Notes: generated by a model not told the origin, from the sequence alone. Positions 47,352 to 60,753 are shown, numbered from the stretch's first letter. The stretch is DNA of 64,000 nt from Euglena gracilis (GCA_039621445.1 CP154954.1:18710642-18774641); one strand, 5' to 3'. Numbers and translations: made by a program.

Positions 47352-48445
47352 CAGGCACCTATGGTCACTTCCCATTTTGGTGCTCTGGTCGGCCCTGGTC
47401 GGCCTTGGTCGGCCCTGGTCGGCCCTGGTCGGCCCTGGTCGGCCCTGGTCGGCAAATAGTCGGCCATAGGTGGGGGTATCCGTCACAGAAAAAAAGATTG
47501 TGAAAAATGACCCAAAATTACCAAAAGGGCATAAAATGGCCAAAATGCCATAAAATATGCTCATATTGACCCAAATTAGCCCAATATTTGCCAAATCAGT
47601 GACAAATGGCCCCCAAATTAGCAAAAACTGATCCGTAATGGCCAAAATGGGTGTAAAACTGGAGATTTGTGGGGAAATTATCCAAAAATGGGTTGAGTTC
47701 TTCAAAATATACAATATACTGGCACAAAATGCTCAAAAATGGTCAAATTGGACCAAAAAGAGACCAAAAAAATGGGCAAAATAACAAAAAAAAGTCGAAA
47801 ATGGCTTTAAATGGTCAAAAATGGCCCCAGAGCAGGACAAAATGGCCCAAAATTACAAGAAGTGCGCAAAAAAGTGGCCAAAAATGGTCAAAATAGGTCA
47901 AAATTGGTGAATTATGGTGACAAATGGGCCAAAAGGGGACAAAAGCGACCTAAAATGGCCAAAAGCGGCCAAAAGTAGCCAAAAGTGACAACATGAGCCA
48001 GACGAGCCAGAAAAATCTCAAAATCTGGGATAAAATTCCTCATTCTCACTGAAAAAATGACATCAATCAGAAAAAAGTTGCGCGGTCGGCTGCGGTCGGC
48101 TGCGGTCGGCTGCGGTCGGCTGCGGTCGGCAACCCACCTATGACAGTCCTGAAACCCGCGGTAACCCGCGGTCGATGCTGCCGGGCAAGCATCGTCCTGC
48201 ATCGCCCAGCACCGCCCAGCATCATCAGAGGTGCTTGGTCCAGAGGGAAAGCTGCCGAATTCCTTCATCCATTCCCCTTCGGTCGGCCAATCACATGCAA
48301 GTCGGCCCTGGTCGGCCCTGGTCGGCCCTGGTCGGCCCTGGTCGGAACCCCCACCTACGGGGGTCCTGAAAATCATAGTCGACCCTGGTCGGCCCTGGTC
48401 GGCCCTGGTCGGCCCTGGTCGGCCCTGGTCGGCCATAGGTGCCTG
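47352..48445. mobile_element. Non-autonomous hAT-like element with (GGTCGGCCCT)n subterminal arrays
   Basis: TIR CAGGCACCTATGG; perfect 8-bp TSD CCCAGAGG. Confidence 0.9.
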
Positions 48446-48816
48446 CCCAGAGGTGGTCCAGCCGGCTGGCAGGAAAACGAGCTGGCTGAACCCGGGGGGG
48501 GGGGTCAATGCGACAAAGCCCAAATCCAACTGGGTTTGGAACTTTTCAAAAAAAAATTGAGCCAAATCCCCCCCAAAAAATGTTTTTCAACCATTCCTAA
48601 CCCCTTTTCAGGGATTTTTGGCACTTCAGCACTTGGAAGAGGGTTTGTGGTTGCTAACAATGGCATTGGCCTGCTGGCCTTTTCCCTTAATAGTTGACAT
48701 TCTTTTCCAAAAGGGACCAAAAAATACAAATTTTCTCTCGCACAATGTTTGTAATTCCTTGCAACAAAATGGGGGGACAATGCCATCCAATGGCACACCA
48801 AAGCAGCATCAGAAAC

Positions 48817-48875
48817 GTCCATCATGTCCACTTTAAGGAGCCGCATCACCTCCTCCATCTTGGGCCGGGGCAAAT
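48817..48875 (-). CDS. DDB1: DDB1 exon (donor either after 48832 or after 48817)
   Basis: ccgcag|AT TTG.. DLPRPKMEEVMRLLK(VDMMD). Confidence 0.8.
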
Positions 48876-48978
48876 CTGCGGTAAAAACAATGTACAAATA
48901 CGGAGGAGCAACCTGCGTTCAACACATAACAGCGATTAGGACGGGTGACAGTACATGCTTCATGAGGACGGAACAAAC

Positions 48979-49058
48979 CCAAGAAAGCCTCGATGAGGTC
49001 CCCGTCCAGAAAATTCTTCCAAGCAACTGTCTTGCGCTCATTGTGGAAGCTGCGCCAC
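48979..49058 (-). CDS. DDB1: DDB1 exon
   Basis: WRSFHNERKTVAWKNFLDGDLIEAFL; AG/GT borders; phases 2 and 1 fit the neighbours. Confidence 0.93.
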
Positions 49059-49116
49059 CTGAAAAGAATGCAAGATATGACGGAGTGAAAAACTTCTGTC
49101 AGTGCTGACAGAGATG

Positions 49117-49426
49117 CAGGGCGGTCCTTAAGCAAAAAAAAAAAAAAAATCCCGTCCCGGCACAGCCGGGAAAATTTTTTTTGAAAATCCATGACCGAAA
49201 AGTGGCCGTATTTTGCCCGAAACGGGTCGACTTCGGGAAAAAAAGTGATTCCTGGCACTTTTGGAACATCGCCCATCCGCCCATAGCGTCAAAAAATGCG
49301 TTTTTCGACTTTTTGGTTTTCGACCCCCGTTCAAGTCCGTCGATCCTTGGTCGGGGGGGCGGTCCTTAAGGGGCGGTCCTTAACGAAAAAAAAAAAAAAA
49401 CTTCCCGTCCCTTATGGACCGCCCTG
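49117..49426. mobile_element. hAT-like MITE, family CAGGGCGGTCCTTAAG
   Basis: TIRs plus perfect 8-bp TSD CAGAGATG. Confidence 0.9.
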
Positions 49427-52400
49427 CAGAGATGTAAAGCCTAGGAAGATTTCAAAGGGGTTTAGGGTTAGGAATAAGGTGAACTGGGTCAAACTCAGTG
49501 ATTTGAGGCCCAGTTCAGGATACATTTGGAGCTCAAAAAAAGCCCAAATCGCAACCCTGAGCCCATCCCCACCAAGAACTCCATTTTTCCAAAATGAGCA
49601 TTGCAAATCCACCATAAAAAACAGTGAGTTCCCAGGATACCCCTGGACTAGAGCACTGGTGTGTCGTAGTTCTGCGACCGACGATGCTTGATACCCCCCC
49701 AGGCTGGAAAGATTGAGAAAGTGGGCTGGTGGAATAAGGTTGCTGGCTGATCCCCCCCACAGGGGTCCCCCAGCTGGAACTGCCCCAACAGGCATGCATC
49801 GGAAGCCTTGAGGATGGGGGGGGCTGCCTCGAAACTGAAGGGGGTCGGGAAAATTTTCGGTTTTATGGACGGGCAAAAAGCCTGCATACCAGGCCAAAAT
49901 TGTCAAAAATCCCTGATTTTCGTTGAAAATAAATCAAAAATGCTAATGTGGAAAACCCCAAAACATCAAAAAAGTGCAATATGCTCAAAAATGAGGGAAA
50001 GAGGCATTATTTTGCTCATTTTTCCGACGTTGTGCACCGGAAGAAAATTTTTTGCTATTCTTGGAACCTGCCAAGGAGGGGGGGTGGGGGTCCAGACACC
50101 GTCTCCCAACATCTGAGGGGGGGGGGGGGTGGTTTGGAACCCCCCCCCACCACTGGGGCCCGACCGGGTGGAACCAGGTAATGGGAAAAATCGAAACTGG
50201 AATTGGTGGAAATCCCTGTGGTAACGGATTCTTTTTTGCTTTCACTGGGCCAAAAGTAGCCAAAAATGGGTCGGAAATGAGCTGGCCAGGGCAAATTTGG
50301 GGTCAAAAAATTGTGCGCATAATTGGCAGTTTGGGGGGGCTTTTTTTTTTGCTGCCGACCCATGACTCTGATTTGTGATTGTCCGTTCTACCAAAAAACA
50401 TCCGGTTTTTAATGTGGGAGGAGAGAGCAGTCCTGGAAGCATCTCATTGTGAGAGCCGACAGAGCTAAGGTAGAAGAAAATCTTGCCTGGGACAGGAAGC
50501 CAACCCCCCTGGTGTGCGAAAGCAACCGCCAACTTCTTCATATCCAGACGTGCCTTGTCCTATGCGTTGTGAGCACAACTGCCAGTGCCGCAGGATCCTC
50601 TCACTTGCTTCGCAGTTCAGCATGCGTGAGGGGCCCATTTTGGCCAACTTTTGAAAGTCGGAAAACTTCTGTTTGAGAAACAACAGGCGCCAGATGAACC
50701 CGGGGAATCACAGCCGAGGAAACAGTTTTGGGCACTAAAAAAGTGTTTCAAAGAAGCTCCTCGCCCCCCTTTTCTCACCCGGGATTTGAAACACACAACT
50801 TTGAGCAATAACTATAATAGTATATGGCACATGGAGGACATGGTTCAGCCAGGTGTTCCTGTCATCAACCCAAAAAAAACCCAACACCCAGCACTGAGTG
50901 CAACGTCACTCAGCCTCCACAGTCCACCGCCCATGGTTCGTCTTATTGGAACGGCCCCTCCCTCCCCAGTGCCCGGATGCTGCGACATCACCAACCCAGC
51001 TTCTGGCACAGCGGGGCTCCAACCCCCCCGTCATTCTCCTCACTCCGCCACCTTCTCCCACAGCACGCACGCATTCAAATACATCTGCCATTTGAAAGGA
51101 CATTGCGCCGTGCAGAGAGGGCCCCCCCGACACACCGTAACACATCAGGGGGTCTCCCATAAGCTCAGGGGCTTCTGTTATACGTTGCGGGCCCACACAA
51201 CAGTTGTGCATTGCGCGGATGCGCAGTGTGAAACTGTTGCGCGTGCGCGCAATATCCATAACCATTGCCTTCTATGCCCACCAGACTTTAGGAAAAGACC
51301 CTGGGCTTGCCCTCAATCCCCCCAACCCCTCCGGCTGGGTGGTTCCCGCTGCACCGCTCCTCAAGCACCCAGGGATCACAACTCTGTGACATGCTGTTTT
51401 TTCTAACTTTTCACAACGTGTGTGTAAAGTTCATCCTCTGGACGCCTCAGCAGGCAACCCTTCACGGACGTATCACAGAGCCTAATAAAGCAACAAAAGG
51501 GGGCAAAATTTACCTGGCCTGTGAGGCACCATCTGGGGAACACAGTCAAGGCTTCAAATACAAGGGACTCACAATGGGGTTTTGGCACTGTTTTGGGAAA
51601 ATTCACGTGTCCTGGAGTCAAACCCAGGGTTTTTGAACCTTTCCTTAAATGGTGCACAGGCTGAAAAACACCAAAATTGGGCTCCAATTGGGCTCCCTGG
51701 GTTCCAACCGGCAAATGATGCACGTGCAACCGTGGAGGGTCTCCGGGGAACCAGAGGGTCAAAAGGGTGGTTTCACCGCCGGGTTTTAAAAAGATTGCTA
51801 TTTTAAATGCGAGTTAGGCCGCCTAAGCCGCCTTGTGACAGCACAATTTGTCCAATCATCTTGACCTTTGACCAGCGCTTGTCTGACCCCCAAGACCAAA
51901 AACCTGTTGTCCAATTCCACAAACTGTGCATTAAGAATAAAACAGGTGAGGAGATGACTCTGACAATGATGATGCACACAACACAGGATACGGAGTTTCC
52001 CGTCATCTTTGTCTCAACTGCAAATAAAATCGATGGGGGGGAAGGGGTCCGAGGCTGGAAAAAGGCTGGCAACAATGAGATCCCCCTGGAGGCTTCCAGC
52101 AACGGACCCAAATGATGAGACCCAGGACTTTATTTTGGGGAGGTTCATTGTACTTTGCCTCTCAAGGGGGAACATTCTGCCACGGAACGTTCTGCCCCCC
52201 CCCCGGCATTACTTTTCCTCAGAGACTGCACTTGCCAAACGGAAGTGAGCCGCGAAGGGGTCCAAACTGGGTAGGATTGGCCCGCCCCCCTGGATAAGCC
52301 CCCCCCCTTTGGACTCTGCCATTTCGGGCCCAAAAATTGATGCTTTCAAAATACCTCGAAAATGATGCAAAACCAAAGGAAATGTCCGCAGACCTAAATT

Positions 52401-53357
52401 GAAGCCCTTGGAACGTCCTATCTACTGGTATTTTGATTTCCCCACAACTCCCCGCCGAGCCCGAGATACGGCCATTTTTCGGCCCAGATGGCCGTTTTGT
52501 ACACTTTTCCCACTGTCCGACTTAGCTGTTTTCGGGGGGGGGGGGGACAAAAAATCAATGTTTTCAAAATTTCTCGAAAACGATGGAAAATGAAAAGAAA
52601 TCTCCGGAGCCCTTGGAATGCCTCATCTACTGGTGGTTTGATTTCCCCGCAAGACCCCGCCTAGCCCGAGATACGGCCGTTTTTTGGCAAATTCAGGCCA
52701 TTTTGTACACTTTTTCCAGCCGTTTTCGGCCAAAAAAAGTTGCATAGAATCGAAAAAAAAATCAAAATTTTTTTTGGCCCGAAACCATGTTTTATGGCCT
52801 CCCGGACCCGGAAAACCTGCTTTTTGAGCCAAAAATGAGCGTTTTTCAACCCCCCCCCCCCAGCGCGCCCCGTTTGGGCCCGAAACCCATTGACTTTGGG
52901 TCAAAACTGGGTCAAAAGTCGAAAAAAATCGAAAAAAATTTGCCCAAACCATGTTTTTTGGCCTCCCAGACCCGGAAAAGGTGTTTTCGAGCCAGAAACG
53001 AGCGTTTTTCGACCCAGTGCCTGAATCCCTTAAATTTTAATCGAAAATTGTCTATTCAGGGAGCCGGTTGGAAAAAAAAAAAGGAATCAAAGATGGGGGT
53101 TGGCGCGCATATTAAGAGCTCAGCACTATTCAAAACCTGGTTAAGGGCAGTCCTTGAGACTTTTCTGGGCTTCCGGTGCCTTCGTCTGGGGAGGGGGCTT
53201 TCCACGGAACATGATTGTGGACCCAATAAAAAGGACAGAAAATGTACGTTCGATGGGGATTGACACTTCTGACCTTTTTCTTCCGGGGGGGAAAAAACAC
53301 GTGGCAGAACCGCTGGGGGGGGGGATGAGGGGTGGCATGGCATGGCAGAGGGCATAC

Positions 53358-53469
53358 ACATTGAACTGCAGTCCACCAACCCCCTGAATGACTTTGGCAA
53401 TGGCATTCTGGATGGCCAGCAAGACGTTGTACAACTGTTCACTGATCGGGTTAATCACGCCGACCGCCC
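53358..53469 (-). CDS. DDB1: DDB1 exon
   Basis: GAVGVINPISEQLYNVLLAIQNAIAKVIQGVGGLQFN; AG/GT borders. Confidence 0.9.
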
Positions 53470-54206
53470 CTGGGGACGACAGACAAGAACAGAGCAACAG
53501 CCACTCGGGCAAGAGGGGACCTCACCCACCCCCCAAAATATCAACCCCCAAATAATATCCCCACTGACTGTTATTGAAAAATTTTGTCTTCCTGAACATC
53601 GGAATCAATGCTTTTGGGGGATATCAAAAATGCACATTTCTGCGACAAAAAAAATGCACCCACCATGGATTTGATCCAGAAACAGCACATTTCAGCGTCA
53701 AAACTCAGCCTCAGAAAAACCACAAAAAATGCCAAAAATATTTGGGGGGACATTGGCCCAAATAACACTCCTGGGGGGAGTCAAATCCATCCAGACAGCC
53801 TCCTTTTTTTCCAGCCCAGGTCGTTCAGCCAGCTCTCCTCACAAACCATCTCGAGATGTGATCTAGCCCGAAACCATGCAAAAAAAGCCCAAATCCAACT
53901 GGGAGTGATTTTTAGCCAAAAAAAAAATGAGTGAAAACAAAAAAAAAATGCCCCCTCTTTTCGGTCCAGCTTGGCTTCCCTGGACTGTGAAAACATCTGC
54001 TCAGCCCCAGTGACGGAGGGGGCTGGAGCACCCAGCTGGGAGCCACCGAACCACTGAAAAAAAGGCTGGCTGGCTGGCTGGACCCCCCCCCAACCAGCTT
54101 AAGAAATTCCCTGCTGCACAAACCCGTTTCACGGCCTCTCCGCCAGGATTTGGGAGGTCAGTGAGAGACATCAAAAAAAAAATGCACCACAACGGAAAGC
54201 TCATAC

Positions 54207-54308
54207 CGCTGATGGTGCCGTAGATGAGGGAATGGGGGCTCAGCTTGAGGGCGTAGGGGTTGGGAGCCTGGTCCTTCTCCTGGTCCGTCACCCGCATCAC
54301 GAGGGACC
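54207..54308 (-). CDS. DDB1: DDB1 exon
   Basis: GSLVMRVTDQEKDQAPNPYALKLSPHSLIYGTISG; AG/GT borders. Confidence 0.9.
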
Positions 54309-55107
54309 CTGTGGGGACGGCCAAACATTTCTCTCGCCCCTCGCTGCCAGAGTGGGGGTGAGGTGAGACGGATGTTGGCGCAAAATGGGTCAGAGGTTTT
54401 TTAGGACCTGGGGGGAGGGGATCTGGACCTACCCACCCACCCACCCCCTGGGGCGGCTCGGGGACACACTTTTGGGGGGGGGTCAATTTTGGGGTCCGAA
54501 ATAGAGGAAAACCCCAACTCCGGTGGGGCATCCACTCGGCCCAACCCCCCCCCCCGGGGTGGGGGGGCTCGACAGGGACCAACCCACCCCTCTCCCCCCC
54601 CCGGTCACGAAACTTGAAAAACCTGGTTCGGGTGGCCACATTTGCCTTGACTGACCCAGACCACCCAAAACCATCATTTTTTTGGGTTCCAAAAAAGCCC
54701 AACACATCATCCTTCAGCGCTTTGTGTCATTCTGCAACTGGGTTAGTATTGATATTTCACATGATTTTGGGGTCCAAAACTGCCAAGATGCCAAAATATC
54801 AGCAATCCATCATCTTTGCGCCCAAAATTGTGTTTCTCCTTGAGTTTTAAGGGGGAGTGTCAGCGTCGGGGGGGGGGGGGTCTAAAATTTCGGAGTGGGT
54901 CTTGGAGGGGCAAAAGATCTGGCAGAAAATTCCCACATCAGATTTCGAGGATGTTGAAAATGATCGCCCTCTGCACATTGCCCATATCACCTGAAAAGTA
55001 GCCTTTGCCGCAACTGACGTCCCATACACCATGCACTTAGCATGGTTTCACTGAACTCTGGAGAAGATGAGAAAAAACAAAAATGGAGCCCTACGCTGAG
55101 GCCAATG

Positions 55108-55231
55108 CAGGGTTTGATATAAGGACAGGTGGGGGGGGTGGTCCGGACCCCCCCCTGCGGGCCAGGAGGGGGGGTGTGGGGGGGACACCCCCCCACCTAA
55201 ACCATGTACGCCCTCCTTATATCAAACCCTG
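55108..55231. mobile_element. 124-bp hAT-like MITE
   Basis: TIR CAGGGTTTGATATAAGGA; perfect TSD GGCCAATG. Confidence 0.9.
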
Positions 55232-55522
55232 GGCCAATGCTCTCCCCCAGGCTTGGATGGGAATCTCGGTGGGGGGGGGGACCCCACTACCTCCAGTTTT
55301 CGGTCACCGGGACTTCTCGCCGTGCAAAATTTCTATTGAGCCCCAAGGCGGTCCTAAAATACACCCCCGGTCCAAAGCACCAGAAGATTTTTGGCCCCCG
55401 CAGAGGGGGTGGAGGGGACCCCCCCTTCCAAAACTAGGGTGGGGGGGACCCCTCTGCCGCCTTACCCCCCTACCACCTGCCTCATGTCTGCGGAGCTTCC
55501 CATACAACCCTGCCCTCCCCTC

Positions 55523-55912
55523 CAGGCTGTTTTTTACAAACCCCGGGGGGGAGGAGGGGTCCAGAGTGCCTCTGTGAGTGCCTGCCCAGGCAGGCACTAC
55601 CCCCCCCTTAGTTGCACTAAGGCTTCTTGTCTGTTTATGGCCGGCGCTAACTTCGCTTCTGGCCCAGTTTGCTGCGTGGTGAGTGGCCACTACCCCCCCC
55701 CCCCCGGGGGTCGGATTTCGGCCTGTGCCCAGGCACATTCCTTTGAAAATAGGCCATTTTTTGGCTCCTCGGCACCTTTGGCGCCGGGGTTGTGCTAGGG
55801 CGCGTTTGGCCGTGTGCCCCCCCCCGGGGGGGGGGGTCGGGAGTGCCTTGGAGTGCCTGCCCAGGCAGGCACCCCCCCGGGTGGGGTCGGCACCCGACTA
55901 AAAAACAGCCTG
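55523..55912. mobile_element. hAT-like MITE
   Basis: TIR CAGGCTGTTTTTTA; perfect TSD CTCCCCTC. Confidence 0.88.
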
Positions 55913-55931
55913 CTCCCCTCCAAAAGCCCAC

Positions 55932-56013
55932 CTTTGTGGAAGCAGTTCACGAACTCGCCCAGGTGGAACTGTCCCAGTGTGTTCAGCATCCGGTGCTCAT
56001 CATCATTGGTGGC
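55932..56013 (-). CDS. DDB1: DDB1 exon (5' boundary at a non-conventional junction)
   Basis: ATNDDEHRMLNTLGQFHLGEFVNCFHK(G); GT donor at 55931. Confidence 0.9.
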
Positions 56014-56826
56014 AGCAAGCTCTTTTCACAAGGTGGTTTCCCTTGTGGATCTGAGATGAATGAGAGGAACGCCCCATAGTATCATTTCTCAAAGACCCAT
56101 TGAGGTCCCACAGGGGCTGGAAAAAAAGGTGTTGGACACCCCCCCCCTATTGGACCCCAGGGATCTTCTGATACAAATTTGGGGCCAGCCCGGCAAAGAT
56201 GGCTGGACGGAAAAGTTTCGGCGCAATGCATCGAACATTCCTGGAAAAAAAAGCGGTCAAAATGGCAAAAAATGAAAACATTTGAGGACCTCAAACTTTC
56301 GGCTGAAAAAACACAAAGCAGCTGGATTTGGACTTTTCCCGTTTTTCGGCTGGACCTTGGGGGGGGGGGGATCGGCACCCCGCCACAGAGGGGTCAGAAC
56401 CCCCAACCTCGGAAAATATTCCATTCTGTGGCCTGTCATAAAGCCGGATCCCCCTCCCAAATGCATTTTGCCCGAGCTTCATGAGAAATGGCAGTTTTGA
56501 CAAATTTTGTTTGACAAATTTTGTCATGAGTACTTTGGATCATTTAGGGGAAAAGTGGGTTTAAAATTGCCTGACCTTCTTTTAAGGGATATTGAGATTT
56601 ATGGCTGGCTTGGACCCCAAAAAGGCACATCCTTTTCCCAATGAAATTTACTCCTTCCAACTTACGTTCACCAATTTCGCCAAAAAAACAAAGCGGAACT
56701 AAAATTTAAGATGAAATGTCAAATTATTTTTTCCTTAAGATAGCTACTAAAAACGAAAAATCTTTGGAAAAACTCACCGTTGATACCGCCAGTGCTTCGC
56801 CGCATGTCGGCAGCACCACAGGCATA

Positions 56827-57084
56827 CAGGGCGGTCCTTAACAAATTAAAAAAAAAATCAATTTAAATATACAGGAAAATGGGCAAAGAAATTTGGCATT
56901 CTTCGGCGACAACAGGTCGACATCAGGGGGAAAACTGCTTCTTGGCATCCTTGGACCATCGCCCATCCACCCAAATCATCAAAAAATGTGTTTTTGGACT
57001 TTTTAGTTTCGGTCCTTTGGCTGAAAGGGGGGCGGTCCTTAAGAAAATAAAAAAAAACTTTCCTGTCCCTTAAGGACCGCCCTG
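56827..57084. mobile_element. hAT-like MITE, family CAGGGCGGTCCTTAAG
   Basis: TIRs; TSD CAGGCATA/CAGGCATG (7 of 8 match). Confidence 0.85.
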
Positions 57085-57295
57085 CAGGCATGGCAATATT
57101 TTAGATCGCCAAATTAAAGCCTCGGGCCTATGTGAGAGATTTGTGTTTGGGAGATTACAATTGGGAGGGTTTCATCATCAGGGTATCCACATGGGAGTGG
57201 GGTGAGTCCTGCACACACAACCATTTTTCTCCAAAACCAAGTCAGGTATTGAATTCGATTGCCAAGCCACCTTCAATCACTCAAAAAAGAGCCAG

Positions 57296-57382
57296 AGAGG
57301 TATCAGCGTTCTGGGCCAAGGTGAACAAGTTGTAGAAATTCTCGGCCCCGATGTACACGTCATCTCCGAGCACCTCAGAGGC
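57296..57382 (-). CDS. DDB1: DDB1 exon (3' boundary non-GT; 57296 or 57302)
   Basis: ccacag|ASEVLGDDVYIGAENFYNLFTLAQNAD(TS). Confidence 0.9.
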
Positions 57383-58652
57383 CTGTGGAGAGGTGGGGAC
57401 ATGGTCGGCAGTGGGCCGGAATCTGAAAAACCCACCCCAGGGATTTTCTGAAAAACCCCTCCAAGGGTCCCACGGGCCGGCAGGAAATAGTGCTGGCTGG
57501 AAAAAAGCTGCTGGCTATGTGAAGGTGATGACTGCAGTGTGGGTCAGGGGTTTTCTTGAGCCGGAGAGGACCCTGCCACAAGGGTCCAGCCAGCCAGTAA
57601 CTTTTTCTGACCAGCACCTCCCAGCCGGGCTGCAGACCCCCCCCTCCCCGGGGGTCTGCTGCAGTGAAGCTGGGGCCAGCCTGGTACAGCCAGGCTGGGC
57701 CAAAAAGAATTTTCAGGTCCAGAATATAAAACCCACCAAATAACCTGGCCAGGCTTTTGCTTAAGGACCCTGAACCTGGCGGGGTGCCAGGTTATTGGAA
57801 CCAACTTCTGGCCCTGACCCCCCCTGTCAGGTTATTTGGGCCCTTTTCAGCCCCCCCCCCCCCCGCCAGGTTATTCGGGCCCTTTTCGTAAAGGATTTTT
57901 GCCTAAAAAGGGGGTGCCAAGTTACTGGAACCATCGTTTTTGCACCTCCCCCGCCAGGTTATTCGGCCCCCGCCAGGAGCAAGGAGGGCCTGCCAGGTTA
58001 TTTGGGGGGGTTAGAAGAAATACAGAAGTAATTATAATAGTAATTTTAATTGTATAATTTATAAATACAGTAGCAAATATAACAGCAATTTTTAGGTCCA
58101 GAATGGGTCCAGAATGGCACTTTTGAGGGGGTTTTGGGTTTTCATCTCCAAATCTTTGCTGAAAAATGCCAACCCGGCTGGATTTGGGCGATTTTGCCTG
58201 TTTTCGGGGTGCCAGCCGAGTCCAGTACATTGGAAAATTCCTTTCCAATGTACAAATCTATCACGAACACTCCAGCTTTGCCCATTTCATTTCACATTTC
58301 TGAGAATGGCAATGCTTGTGGTGCACGGCGAATGCTGTATTTGCCCAATCCCATTTATATGGTGTTACATACTGGTGGTTGGCAGGATTGGAGCACCTGA
58401 ACCCTCCAAAAATGCAAAACAGCTGACCAGCTGAGTATAATTTTGACGTTTTTTGTCACATTTTCGATGTTTATGTTCCCCCCCCCCGTGGTTGGTCTAA
58501 AAAAAAGGTATTCAGGCAGAGTTTCTGTATTGGCCATGTTGCGTCAACCGGCAGCTGCCCCCCCCAAGCAAAACATATAAGTCAAATCTACCCCGAACCA
58601 CACCACCACAAAAAAAATACATTATTGGGCCAATGCAACGTGGAAAAGAGAC

Positions 58653-58725
58653 CGTGATCATATTGGGGTTGAAATCGAAGGCGATTTCCTCCAATGCACT
58701 TACATCGGCCTTGTACATCAGAACA
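58653..58725 (-). CDS. DDB1: DDB1 exon
   Basis: VLMYKADVSALEEIAFDFNPNMIT; AG/GT borders. Confidence 0.9.
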
Positions 58726-58924
58726 CTGCGAAAGGGCAGGGCATGAGGGGCTCTGTACGTCATCATGTTCCAGAAAGCTGCAATTGTTGGAATCCCCCCC
58801 AAAAGCGACCTATTTTTGCCCAAAAAAAGGTGTAAAAAAAGAAAAAAAGAAAAAAGCTGGAAAAAAAGTCAAAATAGAAGAAAAAAATAGAAAAGTTAAC
58901 CATTTTTCGGCAGATTTAGGGTGG

Positions 58925-59530
58925 TAAACCCCCCCAAATACAAAACCCCCCCGGTTTTATATTTGGGCGGAAATTTCAAGACCCCACGGGGGGTTTTACA
59001 TTTGGGGGGGGTTTATATTCGGTCGGAAAAATCAACTTCTTGGCGGGATCCCATAGTCACTTTTTCAGTCCAAAATCACAAATACCCCCGCCCTTGGGGG
59101 TCCAAAAATTTTACTTTTCGGGCGAAGGAGCAATTTTCACGCGTTTTTGGTAAAAACTGCTCCCAAATCCATATATTGAAAAACTGGCTTCTACACTAGA
59201 CAAATGTGGGGGGTGTGGGTGGGGTATGGTGGGGGTTTGGGGGGGTGATTGGTGTGTGGGGGGGGTGTGGGGGGGGTGGGGGAGTAGGGGGTGTGGTGGG
59301 GGGGTGGGGGTTGTGGGGGTGGGGGGGGGGGGTAAATGTCTAGTGTAGGAGCCAGTTTTTGCAATACCTCCCCAAATCTTGGAGAGATTTTGTCGAAGTT
59401 TTTTACTTCCGGCGCTTCGCGCCGGAGGGGGGGTTTTATATTCGGGCGAGATTTCAAGGTCCTTAGGGGGGGTTTTGTATTTGGGGGGGGGGGTTGTATT
59501 TGGGGGGGGGTTTGTATTTGGGGGGGGTTA
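58925..59530. mobile_element. TA-flanked MITE with a nested inverted-repeat element (59174-59366)
   Basis: TAAACCCCCCCAAATACAAAACCCC.. / ..TTTGTATTTGGGGGGGGTTA ends; related copy at ~42362-42727; nested arms TATTGAAAAACTGGCTTCTACACTAGACA / TGTCTAGTGTAGGAGCCAGTTTTTGCAATA around a G-rich tract. Confidence 0.7.
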
Positions 59531-59957
59531 TGTGATGGCACACGATTTTTCTTTTCTGGCTTGTTTTTTACACTAAAGACCTGCTTCTTTGAAGAGTCTG
59601 ACACAATGAATTGTGTGGACATCTTATAATCCTTATTGCATCCTTGGACCACCCTTTGTACACCAAAAAAAACATGGGGAAAGCATTGTTTCACTTCTTA
59701 ATTTTGACTCCTTTATTCAAGCCCTGGACGAGCCAGCCATTTGTTGAGCAAAAGGGAAGCCCTCTGGGGGCAGTAAAAAATGGACTTCTCTGCGTGGGGG
59801 GTGTGGGTGCCAAAATGCAAATGCATAGTCTCCTTTTCTCTGGCGAAGCAGAAGGAAATGGAATGGTCCAGGGTTTGCAGTTGAAATGAACTATTTGCAC
59901 AATTGTTGCTGTGGTCTTGCATATCCCAAACATGCTGGGCAAGATCCATTCACACAC

Positions 59958-59997
59958 CTGAGAGAGCGCATGATGTCCCCAAAGATGACGAAATCCC
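59958..59997 (-). CDS. DDB1: DDB1 40-nt exon
   Basis: ccacag|GDFVIFGDIMRSLS|gt; phases 1 and 2 fit the neighbours. Confidence 0.9.
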
Positions 59998-60606
59998 CTG
60001 TGGAGACATAATGGTAGGACCAGGCATACCCGCACATCTGCCCAGGGAAACCGCTTCAGAAAGGAGGGGGACTTGGACGGATGTGTTGTCGGAAAAATTT
60101 TGGGGCTCATTCCAGATTCGTCCCACCTTTGTCCAGGATTCTTCCAGAGAAATCAGACCTGTGAATGTCCTAAAATATCTTTTGGCGGTTGTTGTCATTC
60201 TTGTGAAAAATATTTGAATATACAAAATAATTTTCAAAAATATTCAGATAAATATTCTTTTCTCGTCCTTTTGGATCTCTCATCCAATCATTTGAATCTG
60301 AATTTTTCAAATTTTGGGCTGGAGTTCAGAAAACTTCCAGAAGCCGTTGTTTGACAGACAAAAATGGATCCCACCATCCTTTTTTGTTTGCTTCAGATGT
60401 GGAATCATCCCCCTGGCATCAGACATGTGAGGGGGTTTCCTTAGCAGGGGGAGGAATTATGCAGGCAAAAAAAATCCATTTCCAAATTATCCAGGATTAT
60501 GTGGAATTACGAAGGATCTTGCAGGAATATGCGGGGAAAAAAACAGGGTTGCTGTTGTTCGCATTCATGGAAAAAGATGTGAAACCTGCAACTTTGGCCC
60601 GAAATG

Positions 60607-60753
60607 CAGGGGGGGGGGAAATGCAACTGGGCCCTTCAAATTATGCAAGTCAAAAAAATGCAAAAAAAAATGCAAAAAAAAAATGCAAATTTCGGGAAAA
60701 GCCGATTATGCAAAAAAATGCAAATTATGCAAGTTGCATTTCCCCCCCCCCTG
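60607..60753. mobile_element. Short MITE with 7-bp TSD
   Basis: TIR CAG(G)nAAATGCAACT; TSD CGAAATG. Confidence 0.8.

Noticed and set aside
50651-51406. 251-aa ORF on +
   Set aside because: No recognisable domain; lies antisense within a DDB1 intron among repeat remnants.
42785-53141. One 10-kb transposon bounded by near-perfect inverted termini
   Set aside because: It would enclose two essential DDB1 exons and shows no TSD; better explained as two separate copies in opposite orientation.
56773-56820. Exon-like stretch ending in a strong GTGAG donor on the minus strand
   Set aside because: The translation does not resemble DDB1, no DDB1 residues are missing at this position, and no upstream GT donor could join it.
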